A DNA stretch of 64,000 nt. Source: Anaerolineae bacterium. Its GTDB lineage: Bacteria > Chloroflexota > Anaerolineae > Aggregatilineales > Phototrophicaceae. Numbering within the stretch: the first letter of the stretch is position 1; each line of letters begins with the position of its first letter. The position numbers and the translations under genes were made by a program. The stretch spans positions 18,567-82,566 of the forward strand of contig JAJEGA010000014.1 of NCBI GenBank assembly GCA_022820125.1, in the 5' to 3' direction. The notes beneath the pieces were generated by a model, which made no database searches, had not been told where the DNA came from, and saw only the letters and a list, made by a program, of their open reading frames with translations. This document shows, piece after piece, positions 16,346 to 27,209 of the stretch.

Positions 16346-18745
16346 ATGATCAGCGAAAAAACGCTTGCCACCCTCGAACTGCACAAGATCCTGCAGGACC
16401 TCGCGTCCTACACCACCTTCGGCGCCGGCGAGGAATTCGCGCTGGAATTGCAGCCCACGACCGAACTGGAAGAAGCGCAGCTCTGGCAGCGGGAAACGGC
16501 GGAAGCGGTCGCCTTGCTGGAAGAGCGCTCCAGCATCACCGTGCGTGGCGCGCGCGATGTCCGCGAGCCGGTCATCAAAGCGCAACGCGGCGTCGTGGTT
16601 GAACCAAGCATGTTGCTCGATATCCGCTATACGCTGCGGCGCGGCACGACGCTCAAGCGCACGCTCGGCCGAATGCACGCTGCATTCCCCCTGCTCGCTG
16701 AACTGGCGAGCGAAATTGAAGAATGCCTTGAACTGCAAAACACTATCGAAAAGACGGTTGACGACAATGCCGAAATTAAAGATACCGCCAGCGCCCGCCT
16801 GGCGATCATCCGCCGCGGCTTGAAGGTCGCCTTCGACCGGCTGCAAAACAAGCTCAATCGCATCGTCGCCAATAAAGCCAATCAAGCCAAGCTGCAAGAA
16901 GCGATCGTCACCATGCGCAACGGTCGCTATGTCATCCCGCTAAAAGCCGAGCATAAAGGCAAAATCAAAGGCATCTTGCACGACTCATCGGCTTCGGGCG
17001 CCACCATCTTTATCGAGCCGCTGGAAACCGTCGAGCTCAACAACAAATGGCGCGAGCTGCAAGTGGAAGAAGAGAAGGAAATCCGCCGCATCCTGGCGGA
17101 CTTGACTGAGGAAATCGCCGGCGAAAGCGAGCGAATCGTGCGCACGGTGCAGCTGCTGGGTTATCTTGATCTGACCTTCGCCAAAGCGCGCTACGCCAGT
17201 GAGAACAATTGCGTCCAGCCGAAGCTGGTCGATATCCGACCGCGCCCGGGCGGATTCGCTCACCCGGGCACAACCATCCAGCTCAAAGGAGCGCGGCATC
17301 CGCTGCTCAAGGGGGTGGTGGTGCCGCTCGATCTCAACTTCGATGATGACAGCTGGGTGCTGGTGGTCACCGGTCCCAATACCGGCGGCAAGACGGTCGC
17401 GCTCAAGACCGTCGGCTTAATCGTTTTGATGGCGCAGTGCGGCTTGCAGGTCCCGGCGGACGAAGCGGAGCTCTCCGTCTTTCGAGGCCTCTTCGCCGAT
17501 ATCGGCGACGAACAAAGCATCGAGCAATCGCTATCCACCTTCTCCTCGCACTTGACCAATATCATCGACATCCTGGAACGCGCCGACCACCGTTCGCTGG
17601 TGATTCTGGACGAAGTCGGCGCCGGCACCGACCCGACCGAAGGCTCGGCACTGGCGCGCGCCCTGCTCAATTGCCTGCGAAATCACGGCGTGACCACCAT
17701 GGTCACCACCCATCATCCCGAGTTAAAAGTCTACGGCGTGGAAACAGCGGGCGCGCGCAACGCCAGCGTCGAATTCGATCTGGAAACGCTGCAGCCGACC
17801 TACCGCCTGATCGTCGGGCTGCCGGGCCGCTCCAACGCATTGGCAATTGCAGAGCGCCTCGGGCTGGACCCCGCCATTGTCGCGGATGCCCGCGGCTTGG
17901 TCGCCACCGAAGACTTGGCCGCGGATGACTTGCTCGACGAGATCCAGCGCACCCGTGCCGAGATCCGCCTGCAACACGAAGAAAACGAGTTCCTGCGCCA
18001 GCAGATGACGGCGCAGCGCGACGAGCTGCAAGCCCGGCTTGATAATATCGAAGACGAGCGCCGCGATGTCATCCGCGCCGCGCGCCGCCACGCGGAAGAT
18101 GATCTGGCCGACTTCAACAATCAACTGCGCAAGATGCGGGTTGAATTGCGGTCGGCGGGCATGCCGGCACAGACGCTCAACGCGCTGAAAGCCGCCGCCG
18201 ATAAAATGGCGAACTGGACCAACGCGCCGCTTGACGAAGACGATGTGGCGCCGCTGGAAGATATCGATTGGCTGCCGCGCATAGGCGATACCGTCTTTCT
18301 CGATACGCTTAATGCCGAAGGCGTCATCGCCGAACTCGATGACAAAGAAGCGCATGTGCAGGTCGGCACCTTGCGTGTGCGCGCGCGCTACAACGATATG
18401 CGCAAACGGACCCGCAGCGAGAAGCGAGCAGCTGAGCGGGGCCATGCGCGCCAATTCGAGCCCGCTGAAACGCAGCTGCCAAAAGCGGAATCGCCCGGCA
18501 TGGAGCTCGATATCCGCGGCAAACGCGTTGATGAAGCCATCGAAATCCTCGACCGCTACATCAACGCCGCCTACAATGCCGGCTTGCCTTTCGGGCGCAT
18601 CATCCACGGCAAAGGCACCGGGCGCTTGCGCCAGGCGGTGCGCGGCTACCTCCGCGAGCATTTTCTCGTGAGCAAGGTGACGGGTGGGCAGCAGCAAGAA
18701 GGCGGCGCCGGCGTCACCGTCATTCACATGGCGCCAATTACGTGA
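16346..18745 (+). CDS. mutS2: Endonuclease MutS2 (MutS ATPase core plus C-terminal Smr domain)
   Basis: 799 aa. Walker A GPNTGGKT, DEVGAGTDP, and a C-terminal Smr with LDIRGKRVDEA...HGKGTGRLR. Confidence 0.9.
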   Translation: MISEKTLATLELHKILQDLASYTTFGAGEEFALELQPTTELEEAQLWQRETAEAVALLEERSSITVRGARDVREPVIKAQRGVVVEPSMLLDIRYTLRRGTTLKRTLGRMHAAFPLLAELASEIEECLELQNTIEKTVDDNAEIKDTASARLAIIRRGLKVAFDRLQNKLNRIVANKANQAKLQEAIVTMRNGRYVIPLKAEHKGKIKGILHDSSASGATIFIEPLETVELNNKWRELQVEEEKEIRRILADLTEEIAGESERIVRTVQLLGYLDLTFAKARYASENNCVQPKLVDIRPRPGGFAHPGTTIQLKGARHPLLKGVVVPLDLNFDDDSWVLVVTGPNTGGKTVALKTVGLIVLMAQCGLQVPADEAELSVFRGLFADIGDEQSIEQSLSTFSSHLTNIIDILERADHRSLVILDEVGAGTDPTEGSALARALLNCLRNHGVTTMVTTHHPELKVYGVETAGARNASVEFDLETLQPTYRLIVGLPGRSNALAIAERLGLDPAIVADARGLVATEDLAADDLLDEIQRTRAEIRLQHEENEFLRQQMTAQRDELQARLDNIEDERRDVIRAARRHAEDDLADFNNQLRKMRVELRSAGMPAQTLNALKAAADKMANWTNAPLDEDDVAPLEDIDWLPRIGDTVFLDTLNAEGVIAELDDKEAHVQVGTLRVRARYNDMRKRTRSEKRAAERGHARQFEPAETQLPKAESPGMELDIRGKRVDEAIEILDRYINAAYNAGLPFGRIIHGKGTGRLRQAVRGYLREHFLVSKVTGGQQQEGGAGVTVIHMAPIT

Positions 18746-18771
18746 GCCCCTTTTCGCCCCTCCGCACGTTT

Positions 18772-18841
18772 GTAGGGGCGACTCTTGAGTCGCCCGCCGG
18801 CATCATTGTGGAGTTTTGGGCGATTCAAGAATCGCCCCTAC
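18772..18841. repeat. GTAG...CTAC double-hairpin (REPIN-like) repeat
   Basis: GTAG-GGGCGACTC-TT-GAGTCGCCC ... GGGCGATTC-AA-GAATCGCCC-CTAC, followed by AGAT. Lies between mutS2 and the methyltransferase. Confidence 0.75.
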
Positions 18842-18863
18842 AGATTCTCCCAATACCCGCGCC

Positions 18864-19451
18864 ATGACCGAAGACCGCCATGCTCGTTTCAGCGAACGAT
18901 ACGCCAGCGGCGAAACACCCTGGGACAGCGGCATCACCCCGCCGGAAATCGTCGAATTGCTGGCGATTCTGCCGGCGGGAAGCGCGCTTGATCTCGGCTG
19001 CGGCACCGGCACCGTGATCCGTGATTTGCTGAGCCAGGGCTGGCGCGCCGACGGCGTCGACTTCGTGCGTAAAGCGATCGACCTGGCGAGCGCCAAGCTG
19101 GCCGATTTCCATTCTGACAGCTACCGCCTCTTCCGCCATGATGTGACGCGCCTGGACGAATTGCCCGAGCTGCGAAGCGATTACGATCTCATCATTGATA
19201 TTGGCTGCGGGCATACGATCAACGGCGCCGCGGGAATGAACGCTTACGCCCAAGCCATCGCCGAGCGGCTGGCGCCAGGTGGGATCTTCATGCTCTACGC
19301 CAGCCATCCGCGCCCCGATTCCACCGTCGGCTGGGCGCCGGTGCAAGTCGAGCGGGCATTTGGGCGCCGCCTGGATCTCCTGTGGGAACAGCGCAGCCAT
19401 GACCAGGCGATCAGCGCGCCGACCAGCTGGTACAAGCTGCGTAAGCCATAG
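18864..19451 (+). CDS. Class I SAM-dependent methyltransferase (TPMT-like)
   Basis: PWDSG...ALDLGCGTGT motif I. Trimmed to the ATG at 18864, because the TTG-initiated extension runs through the repeat. Confidence 0.75.
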   Translation: MTEDRHARFSERYASGETPWDSGITPPEIVELLAILPAGSALDLGCGTGTVIRDLLSQGWRADGVDFVRKAIDLASAKLADFHSDSYRLFRHDVTRLDELPELRSDYDLIIDIGCGHTINGAAGMNAYAQAIAERLAPGGIFMLYASHPRPDSTVGWAPVQVERAFGRRLDLLWEQRSHDQAISAPTSWYKLRKP

Positions 19452-19480
19452 ACGCCGTAAGCCACGAAAATTGTGAAAAT

Positions 19481-19553
19481 GTAGGGGCGTATCGCCGATA
19501 CGCCCGTTGAATATGACATAAATTTTGCGGGCGTTTCAGCGAAACGCCCCTAC
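19481..19553. repeat. GTAG...CTAC double-hairpin (REPIN-like) repeat
   Basis: GTAG-GGGCGTATC-GCC-GATACGCCC ... GGGCGTTTC-AGC-GAAACGCCC-CTAC, followed by AGAT. Confidence 0.75.
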
Positions 19554-19712
19554 AGATTACGAAATGTGAGGGGAAATTGTTATCTATCAGCACAATTTAA
19601 TTTGATGCGATTGCCTTGGCAAAGCGACCAAGAGTTGTGAATGCATATCTGATGTGGTAACTTCGTGCGATTGCAACTGCGCGCCAGGATGAATCTGTAA
19701 CCGGAATCATAT

Positions 19713-20564
19713 ATGATCAATGGCATGTCGCGGCGTCAGTTTCTGCAAGGTAGCGCGGGTTTGGCGCTGGCTTCCGCCTTTGGCTTGCCTGGAAATGGCG
19801 CCCGCGCAAACAATGCCCGCGTCATTCGGCACGTCTACACAAATGCGCGGAAAGTTTCCATCAGCTACGATGACCTGTGGAGCGAGCATTTCGCATTGCG
19901 CATTGGGCGCGAATATTACCAGCGCAACATCAAGCTGACCTTTTTCCCGGTCGGCATCGCTGTTCTCAACAACCTCAGACGACCCAATCCCGGCTATGAA
20001 AACCTCTACCCGCGCCTGCGCGACATGGGGCACGAATTCGGCTGCCATCTCTTCACCCACCGGGTTATCACCGATTTCAGCCTGCAGCAGCTCATCGATG
20101 AAGAAATGGAACCGGCTTTGCATCACATGCGGCGCGCGCTCGGTCCTGGATTTCGTCCGGTGGGCATCCGCCCGCCTTACGGGCATGTCACTGATGCCGT
20201 GAAGGAACTGTCGGCGCGCTACGGATTGCCACTGGTCCTCTGGGGCTTGGATTCTCAAGACGCGATCTGCACAAAGCAAAACGAAGATAAACCCTGCGAG
20301 TGCTCGGCACAGGCGAATTTCGAATCTTACGCGCGCGTTTGGGGTCCCGATTTGCCCGATGGCATGTGCAGCGACCAGCAATGTACGGACAATTGCGTCG
20401 ATACCATCCTGCAGAATTACGAGAGCTACCTGCGCCCCGGTACGATTATCCTCCATCACGCGCTCAAGAGCTCATTCGAGGCGATTCAGCCAACCGTGGA
20501 TCTCCTGCGCGCCTGGAATATGCAGCCCGTTCCCGTATCCGAATTGCTGACTCTCGCTTCTTGA
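19713..20564 (+). CDS. Secreted polysaccharide deacetylase (NodB homology domain) with Tat-type signal
   Basis: SRRQFLQGSAGLALA twin-arginine leader. Contains VSISYDD, HEFGCHLFTH and RPPYG blocks. Confidence 0.75.
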   Translation: MINGMSRRQFLQGSAGLALASAFGLPGNGARANNARVIRHVYTNARKVSISYDDLWSEHFALRIGREYYQRNIKLTFFPVGIAVLNNLRRPNPGYENLYPRLRDMGHEFGCHLFTHRVITDFSLQQLIDEEMEPALHHMRRALGPGFRPVGIRPPYGHVTDAVKELSARYGLPLVLWGLDSQDAICTKQNEDKPCECSAQANFESYARVWGPDLPDGMCSDQQCTDNCVDTILQNYESYLRPGTIILHHALKSSFEAIQPTVDLLRAWNMQPVPVSELLTLAS

Positions 20565-20792
20565 CAATCCTTGACTTCGGCTTCAAGGGAAGCGCCTGAC
20601 CAGTCGCCAATTGATCGCGCTCTGGCGCTTAAAGAACGCAGCCAACATGAACACGCGCACTGGCGCCCATCAAGCGCTGCGAGACTGGCAGACGGCGTCA
20701 TCGCTATTCAGCATTCAATTATTCTTCACTGTGTACTAAGCTTTGAGCAATGACGTTAAACGTGATCGCAGGACGAATAAGGAGAGCTTGAT

Positions 20793-21800
20793 ATGACGAC
20801 TCGCGTCGGCATCAACGGATTTGGACGCATCGGCCGCCAGGTGCTGAAGGCGATCCGCGAATATTATCCCAACGATATTGATGTGGTTGCCTTTAATGAT
20901 CTGGGCGACTTAAACACAATGGCGCATCTCTTTCGTTACGATTCCAACTATGGCGTCTACCAGGGAACGGTTGACGTTTTGGACGGCGCGCTGATTGTCG
21001 ACGGCGATGAGATAAAAGCGCTTTCGGAACGGGACCCGGCGCAGCTGCCCTGGGGCGAAATGGGCGTTGAAGTAGTCATTGAAAGCACCGGCATATTCAC
21101 CGACAAAGCCAGCGCCTCGAAACATATCGCCGCCGGCGCCCAAAAGGTCATCATATCGGCGCCCGCGAAAGGCGAAGACATCACCATCGTGCTCGGCGTC
21201 AACCAGGATTCTTACGACCCAGCGTCGCATCACGTCTTGTCCAACGCTTCTTGCACCACCAACTGCTTGGCGCCCGCCGCCAAAGTGGTCAATGACGCCT
21301 TCGGCATTCAACAAGGATTTATGACGACAATCCACAGTTATACCAACGACCAGCAAATCCTCGATCTGCCGCATAAAGATCTGCGCCGCGCGCGAGCGGC
21401 CGCCGTTAATATGATCCCGACCAGCACCGGCGCCGCCCAAGCTGTCGCCCTCGTCGTGCCCGAGCTCAAGGGCAAATTCGACGGCATGGCGGTTCGCGTG
21501 CCGACGCCGACTGGTTCCCTGGTCGATTTCGTGGCTTCGGTGGATCGCGTTCCCGGCAAATCCGAATTGATTGACGCCTTTGAAGAAGCGGCGGCTGGTC
21601 CTATGCGTGGCTATCTTGATGTATCGCACGAGCCTTTGGTATCCAGCGATTATATCGGCAATCCTCACTCCAGCGTCATTGACGCCATGGCGACAGATGT
21701 CGCCGGCAACCTGGTGAAAGTCATCACCTGGTATGACAACGAGTGGGGTTACTCCTGCCGAACAGCCGACTTAACCAAATTCGTCGGCGACCGCCTGTAG
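20793..21800 (+). CDS. gap: Type I glyceraldehyde-3-phosphate dehydrogenase
   Basis: [21 protein letters not shown] and WYDNEWGYS. Confidence 0.95.
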   Translation: MTTRVGINGFGRIGRQVLKAIREYYPNDIDVVAFNDLGDLNTMAHLFRYDSNYGVYQGTVDVLDGALIVDGDEIKALSERDPAQLPWGEMGVEVVIESTGIFTDKASASKHIAAGAQKVIISAPAKGEDITIVLGVNQDSYDPASHHVLSNASCTTNCLAPAAKVVNDAFGIQQGFMTTIHSYTNDQQILDLPHKDLRRARAAAVNMIPTSTGAAQAVALVVPELKGKFDGMAVRVPTPTGSLVDFVASVDRVPGKSELIDAFEEAAAGPMRGYLDVSHEPLVSSDYIGNPHSSVIDAMATDVAGNLVKVITWYDNEWGYSCRTADLTKFVGDRL

Positions 21801-21872
21801 CGGCGCGAGTTGAACTGCCGCAACAGCAAGGGGCGGACCTCGCCTCTTTTGCTTACAGCGGAGAGCAATGAC

Positions 21873-23060
21873 ATGAACAAGTTGACCCTTCGTGACATAG
21901 CGCTGGGCGGCAAACGGGTGCTTATGCGGGTGGATTTCAATGTCCCGCTTGACGGCGATACGATCACCGACACAACCCGCATCCGCGCCGCTTTGCCGAC
22001 CCTGAAATATATTCTCGATCGCAATCCGCAGGCGGTAATCCTGCTGTCGCACCTGGGGCGTCCCAAAGGCTTGCCCGCAGCGGAGATGTCGCTGGCGCCG
22101 GCCGCGCCTGCCCTAGCCCAACTCTTGGGCCAGCATGTGGCATTCGCTGCGGATTGCATCGGCGCCCAAGCCGAAGCCGCCATCAGCGCCCTGCCACAGG
22201 GTGGCTTGATCCTGCTGGAGAATACGCGCTTTCATCCGGGTGAAACCAAGAATGACCCTCGCTTCGCAGCGAAACTAGCGAAGCACGGCGATGTCTTCGT
22301 CAATGACGCATTTGGCGCAGCCCACCGCGCTCACGCGTCTAACGTCGGCGTTTCGGCGCATTTAACCGCTGTGGCCGGCCTGCTGCTGGAGCAGGAAATA
22401 AACTACCTGGCAACAACGCTGGAGCGCCCGCAGCGACCATTCGTCGCCATTCTGGGCGGGGCGAAAGTATCCGGGAAAATAGAAGTGATTGACGCGCTCC
22501 TGGGCAAGGTGGACAAGCTCTTGGTCGGGGGCGGCATGGCGAATACTTTCTTCGCCGCCCAAAACCGCGACATGGCCGATTCATTGGTGGAAACCGAAGC
22601 GCTTGCCATCGCGCGCAACATACTCGACGCCGCCGGCGACAAGCTCGTCCTGCCCCTCGACCAACGCATCGCGGACGCCTTTCGCGCCGACGCCGCTCAG
22701 CAACTGATTGCCGCCGACTCCGATGTGCCGCCCGGCTGGCAATCGCTGGACATCGGTCCGGCGACCGTGGACGCCTACGCCAAAGTGATACAGAGCGCCA
22801 AGACCATCGTCTGGAACGGACCGATGGGCGTCTTTGAGCTGCCAGCCTTCGCAAGCGGCACGGTCGCCTTGGCGCAAGCGCTTGCCGACGCTGCCGCCAA
22901 TGGCGCGACCACGATAATCGGCGGCGGCGACTCGGCTGCAGCGGTGGAGCAAGCTGGTCTGGCGGCGCGCATGTCGCATATTTCCACCGGTGGCGGCGCC
23001 AGCCTTGAATTGCTCGAAGGCAAAGCGCTGCCGGGCATTGAAGCCTTGTCCGAGGCTTAG
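21873..23060 (+). CDS. pgk: Phosphoglycerate kinase
   Basis: RVDFNVPL, HLGRPKG and GGGDSAAA. Trimmed to MNKLTLRD. Confidence 0.95.
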   Translation: MNKLTLRDIALGGKRVLMRVDFNVPLDGDTITDTTRIRAALPTLKYILDRNPQAVILLSHLGRPKGLPAAEMSLAPAAPALAQLLGQHVAFAADCIGAQAEAAISALPQGGLILLENTRFHPGETKNDPRFAAKLAKHGDVFVNDAFGAAHRAHASNVGVSAHLTAVAGLLLEQEINYLATTLERPQRPFVAILGGAKVSGKIEVIDALLGKVDKLLVGGGMANTFFAAQNRDMADSLVETEALAIARNILDAAGDKLVLPLDQRIADAFRADAAQQLIAADSDVPPGWQSLDIGPATVDAYAKVIQSAKTIVWNGPMGVFELPAFASGTVALAQALADAAANGATTIIGGGDSAAAVEQAGLAARMSHISTGGGASLELLEGKALPGIEALSEA

Positions 23061-23159
23061 CCCGCCAGTCATCTCCTGGCGAAAGCGCCCATCCCATTGG
23101 CGCAGGCTGCGGACTCATTGTAGAAATAGACTGGAGATTTCAATTCTCCTGAGGAGCGC

Positions 23160-23936
23160 ATGATGGCGAGGACGCCGATAATCGCGGGCAACTGGAAAAT
23201 GAACAAGACGCCGGATGAGGCGGTCGCCTTCGTCCGCGAGCTATCGCCCAAACTGGCCGAGCGCAGCCAAGTCGATCGGGTGGTCGCGCCGACCTTCCTC
23301 GCCCTGCCCGCAGTCGCCGCGGCGCTTGGCGGCTCGCCGGTCAAGGTCGCGGCGCAAAATGCGCATTGGCAGGCGTATGGCGCCTATACGTCACAGATAT
23401 CGGTTGAGATGCTGGCGCCCTACGTCGATTACATCATCATTGGCCACTCCGAGTGCCGCGCCTATCTAAACGAGTCTGATGAAAATGTGAATCGCAAAGC
23501 GCAGGCAATCCTGGCGGCTGATATAAATCCGATCATCGCCGTCGGCGAGAGCCTGGCGCAAAACGAAGCTGGCGAAACCCTGCCTTTCGTCCGCGCTCAA
23601 GTGACAGCGGCACTGAAGGGAATCGCGCCGCAAGACATGCCCAGGGTCGTCATCGCCTATGAACCAATATGGGCGATTGGCACGGGCAAAAGCGCCAGCG
23701 GCGCATTAGCCGAGCATATTATCAAGACCGCAGTGCGCGACACCCTTGCTGGTCTTTTCGGGCGCGACATCGCCGAAGCCGTGCGCGTGCAATACGGCGG
23801 CAGCGTCAAGCCCGCAAACATGGAAGAATACATGACGCAGCCCAATATCGATGGCGCGCTGGTCGGGGGCGCTTCGCTTGATGTTGAAGACTTCGCCGCC
23901 CTGATTGCCATCGCCGCTCGCTCGAAAGGACCTTGA
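23160..23936 (+). CDS. tpiA: Triosephosphate isomerase
   Basis: IAGNWKMN, IIGHSECR and YEPIWAIGTG. Confidence 0.95.
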   Translation: MMARTPIIAGNWKMNKTPDEAVAFVRELSPKLAERSQVDRVVAPTFLALPAVAAALGGSPVKVAAQNAHWQAYGAYTSQISVEMLAPYVDYIIIGHSECRAYLNESDENVNRKAQAILAADINPIIAVGESLAQNEAGETLPFVRAQVTAALKGIAPQDMPRVVIAYEPIWAIGTGKSASGALAEHIIKTAVRDTLAGLFGRDIAEAVRVQYGGSVKPANMEEYMTQPNIDGALVGGASLDVEDFAALIAIAARSKGP

Positions 23937-25401
23937 TCTGCGCGCGCTTGATATCCTGGCTTTATTCGCGACGCTCGCGCTGCTGCTTGTCGTCTTCCGC
24001 CAAATTGAGCGCTGGCTGCATCAGCATATCTTCAAAGTCGGCTGGCTGCTTTGCAACAACTTCCAAGTCACCACCATCCTCTATTACATTTTGTTCTTGC
24101 CCGGCATCCTGCTGCATGAAATCACACTCTGGCTAGCCGCCGGCATCCTGAGAATCAGGGCTGAGCGCGCCATCGCGTTTCCCGCGCGGCAGGAGATCGG
24201 CGAGCTGCGACTCAACTTCATCCGCCTATCGCCGAGCTCGGGAAGGGCGCGCCGCAGCCTGGCAACACTGGCGCCCTTTGCAGCCGGAGCGCTATGCCTG
24301 TGGCTTGTCGCGATACACGTCTTCAATTGGCGCGAGCTGGCAGCCATCGCCGCCGCGGGAAGCATTGATGCGCTTGCGCGCGCAATCGCCCGCCTAACGA
24401 AAACACCCGATTTCTGGCTCTGGTTCTACCTTGCCTTCACCATCGCCAATACCATGTTCCCATCCCCGCCGCAGCAGCCACTCAGCGGGCGGCAAAAGGG
24501 CGCGATTGCTTTCGCCGCCGGCGCCTCGCTTATGACCCTCTGGCGGATCGGCGGCGCGACCCTATCCCTAGGCATTGAGAGCCTCTTGTTCAGCCTCGCC
24601 CTAATCTTGCTGCAGACCATCTTCATTAACATCGCGGTCCTGCTGATATTGGGAACCCTGGAAGCCGCTATCGAGCGCCTTACTGGCAGAAGCGCGACCT
24701 TCACTGGCAGCAAGATGATCACAATGTCGCGCGCGGAAGCGCAAGCGCAAAAGGCACGGCAGGCTCGCGAGCGAAGCGCCGCCCGCCAGGCGCCGCAAGC
24801 CATGCGGAATGCCCAGATCATCACTTCGATTTATGATTTGAAGCTGCCGATTCCAGGACCGCCAGGCAGAGAGCCGGTGAGCCGGAGCGCGGTATCGGTC
24901 ATTACCGCGAGCGAAGCAGAGACGGAGCTCAGCGAAAGCGCCGACGCCGCAGCCAAGCCGGCGAGCTTGCCTCTGAACGCCAACTCGCAACCACATCGTC
25001 CGCCCGAATCGAGCCAGCTGGCGGCGGCAATCGACAGCCCGGCGCCCTTGCCCGCGGGCAAATCCCCAAAGCAGGAAAAGCCGCGCCAGCAGTCCAGGGA
25101 GTACGGCGCAATACATGAAGCCAGCGACGGAGAACAAGCCCCTTTCAGCCGTCCCTTCGCCTTATCGGAGACCGGGGAGCGCGACAGAGACTCAGCAAGT
25201 GCCAGCGCAAGCGCAGCCGCAAACGATGGCTATTTCCCTAGGCCCTTCGCCATGCGCGCTCGCGCCGATGATGATACTGAGCCCGGCGGCCAGCCAAGCG
25301 CTGAACCGCAAGCGGACAGAAAGCCCCGACGGGCGCGCGACGAGCTGACATACGAGCCGCTCGACGATGAAGGCAATTATCTCGCTGACGATGAGGATTG
25401 A
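23905..25401 (+). CDS. Polytopic membrane protein of unknown function with long disordered acidic/Ala-Pro-rich C-terminal tail
   Basis: 498-aa ORF, TTG start overlapping the tpiA 3' end. At least six hydrophobic segments in the first ~270 aa. No recognisable motif and the start is uncertain. Confidence 0.45.
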   Translation: MPSPLARKDLDLRALDILALFATLALLLVVFRQIERWLHQHIFKVGWLLCNNFQVTTILYYILFLPGILLHEITLWLAAGILRIRAERAIAFPARQEIGELRLNFIRLSPSSGRARRSLATLAPFAAGALCLWLVAIHVFNWRELAAIAAAGSIDALARAIARLTKTPDFWLWFYLAFTIANTMFPSPPQQPLSGRQKGAIAFAAGASLMTLWRIGGATLSLGIESLLFSLALILLQTIFINIAVLLILGTLEAAIERLTGRSATFTGSKMITMSRAEAQAQKARQARERSAARQAPQAMRNAQIITSIYDLKLPIPGPPGREPVSRSAVSVITASEAETELSESADAAAKPASLPLNANSQPHRPPESSQLAAAIDSPAPLPAGKSPKQEKPRQQSREYGAIHEASDGEQAPFSRPFALSETGERDRDSASASASAAANDGYFPRPFAMRARADDDTEPGGQPSAEPQADRKPRRARDELTYEPLDDEGNYLADDED

Positions 25402-26462
25402 GGCGCCGCGACCTTATCATCCTGCGGCGCCGAGATGCGCCCTACCGCGACAAAACCGATCGCGATGCAGATTAACATGAAGGCGAAGGCGATGAATTTG
25501 AATATCTGGCTGGTGGTCACCAAGGTGAGAAAGCCGAAGAAAGCGCAAATCGAATAATAGACGAGCGCGATCTGGCGCGGCGTGAAGATGCCGTTGTCCA
25601 GCAGTCGAAAATGCAGATGTCCGCGGTCGCCGCTGAAGGGATTGTTGCCATAACGCACACGATTGAGGATCTGCCAGCCTAAATCCATCAGCGGCAAACC
25701 CATCACCAGCAGAATGGTCGCCATTTTGGCGCCGCCGATAATACTCAGCGCGCCCAGCGCATAGCCCAGGAACCAGGCGCTGCCGCCCATATATACCCGC
25801 GCCGGATGAAAATTGTGAATTAGAAATCCCACCAACGCGCCCGCTAAAGCCAGCGGCAACAGACTGACGCTCGTCTGCGGCGGCGTCTGACGCACCGCGC
25901 TATTGAGAAACAGCACGATTGCCGCAATCAGCGCAATGCCGCCCGCCAGCCCATCCGAGCCGTCAAGCAGGTTCACCGTATTCATCATCAGCACAAGCCA
26001 AAACATCGTCAGCGCGACAGTTACAATAGGAGACCACTCGCCGGTCTGGGCGCCAGTGAAGGGGTTGTTAAAGAAGGCGATAAAGATCTGAAAAACGATG
26101 GCGGTCGCTGAGGTAAAGATCTGACCCAGGAAAATCTGAAACCAATTTAAGCCGAAAATATCATCGACAAGACCCAGCAGGAAAATCACCGCGCTGCCCA
26201 GCATCAAACCGGCCAGGCGGAAAATCTCGTAGGGATCACTGCGCTCAACCGGAATGAACTGCGCCAGGATGACGGCAAGGGTGAAGCCGCCAAATATCAC
26301 CAACCCGCCCAGCTTCGGCATCGCGACGCGTTCCTGCCGCCGGCCGCCCGGCACTGAGGTGACGCCAAAGCGCAGGCTCAATCTGCGCGCCAGTGGAACG
26401 ATCAACAGCGCTGTCGCCAAGGCCGTGCAAAATACGATGATGAAGGCGTACAATCGCAGCAT
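25377..26462 (-). CDS. MraY/WecA-family polyprenyl-phosphate N-acetylhexosamine-1-phosphate transferase
   Basis: 361 aa, polytopic. Contains NTVNLLDGSDGLAGG and the DD motif LVDDIFG. Confidence 0.8.
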   Translation of the reverse strand: MLRLYAFIIVFCTALATALLIVPLARRLSLRFGVTSVPGGRRQERVAMPKLGGLVIFGGFTLAVILAQFIPVERSDPYEIFRLAGLMLGSAVIFLLGLVDDIFGLNWFQIFLGQIFTSATAIVFQIFIAFFNNPFTGAQTGEWSPIVTVALTMFWLVLMMNTVNLLDGSDGLAGGIALIAAIVLFLNSAVRQTPPQTSVSLLPLALAGALVGFLIHNFHPARVYMGGSAWFLGYALGALSIIGGAKMATILLVMGLPLMDLGWQILNRVRYGNNPFSGDRGHLHFRLLDNGIFTPRQIALVYYSICAFFGFLTLVTTSQIFKFIAFAFMLICIAIGFVAVGRISAPQDDKVAAPQSSSSAR

Positions 26463-27082
26463 CAGGTTCCAAACATTCGATCGCCCGCATCACCCAAGCC
26501 GGGCACGATGAAACCGATGTCGTTGAGCCGTTCGTCCAACTCGGCGACATAAATCGGCACCTCCGGATGGGCTGCCGATAAAGCCTCGACCCCTTCCGGC
26601 GCCGCCAGAATGCCGAGGTACTTGATGCGGCGCGCCCCCCAGCGCTTCAAGATATCAACCGTCGCAATAGCCGAGCCGCCAGTCGCAAGCATCGGGTCCA
26701 GCACCAGGCATACTTGCGCCGTCGGCTCGTCCGGCAGCTTGTTGTAATATTCCACCGGACGCAAGGTTTCTTCATCGCGATACAAACCAATATGCCAGAC
26801 TTGAACTGTCGGCAGCAGCTCCTGGATGCCATCGACCAAGCCCAGCCCGGCGCGCAAAATCGGCACCAAGCCGATGATTTCACTCGCCTCCCAACCTTTC
26901 GCTTCGCCCATCGGCGTATTAACCGACATCGACTTCAATTGCAAATCCTGCGTCGCCTCGTAACATAGCAGCAAAGCCAACTCCCGCACGAGCTCGCGGA
27001 ATTTGCGATGATCGGTGGCGGTATCGCGCAGCCGCGTCAGCTTATGTTTCACCAGCGGATGAGACGAGACATGCAGCTGCAT
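26462..27082 (-). CDS. upp: Uracil phosphoribosyltransferase
   Basis: [20 protein letters not shown] start, VPILRAGLG and [13 protein letters not shown]. Trimmed from the TTG at 27193. Confidence 0.9.
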   Translation of the reverse strand: MQLHVSSHPLVKHKLTRLRDTATDHRKFRELVRELALLLCYEATQDLQLKSMSVNTPMGEAKGWEASEIIGLVPILRAGLGLVDGIQELLPTVQVWHIGLYRDEETLRPVEYYNKLPDEPTAQVCLVLDPMLATGGSAIATVDILKRWGARRIKYLGILAAPEGVEALSAAHPEVPIYVAELDERLNDIGFIVPGLGDAGDRMFGT

Positions 27083-27146
27083 AATAGTCCTTTCGCATCT
27101 GCGCAGCCCGGAACGGCGCGCTGCCCTCGATTTTATAAAGCGAGCA

Positions 27147-27174
27147 TTGAATCCGCAATCCACTCGTCTATACT
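27147..27174 (+). promoter_or_regulatory. Putative promoter of ruvB-queA (TTGAAT-N16-TATACT)
   Basis: Located in the 127-nt divergent upp/ruvB spacer. The -10 context CACTCGTCTATACT closely matches the rplU promoter. Confidence 0.4.
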
Positions 27175-27209
27175 GACGCCTGAACGTAGGCAAAGCGACT
27201 GCGCCTCAC

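Noticed and set aside
17723-18727. 334-aa minus-strand ORF inside mutS2
   Set aside because: It is antisense to a gene with Walker A and Smr motifs and has no motifs of its own.
22339-23118. 259-aa minus-strand ORF opposite pgk
   Set aside because: It is an antisense shadow ORF and is extremely Arg/Pro-rich.
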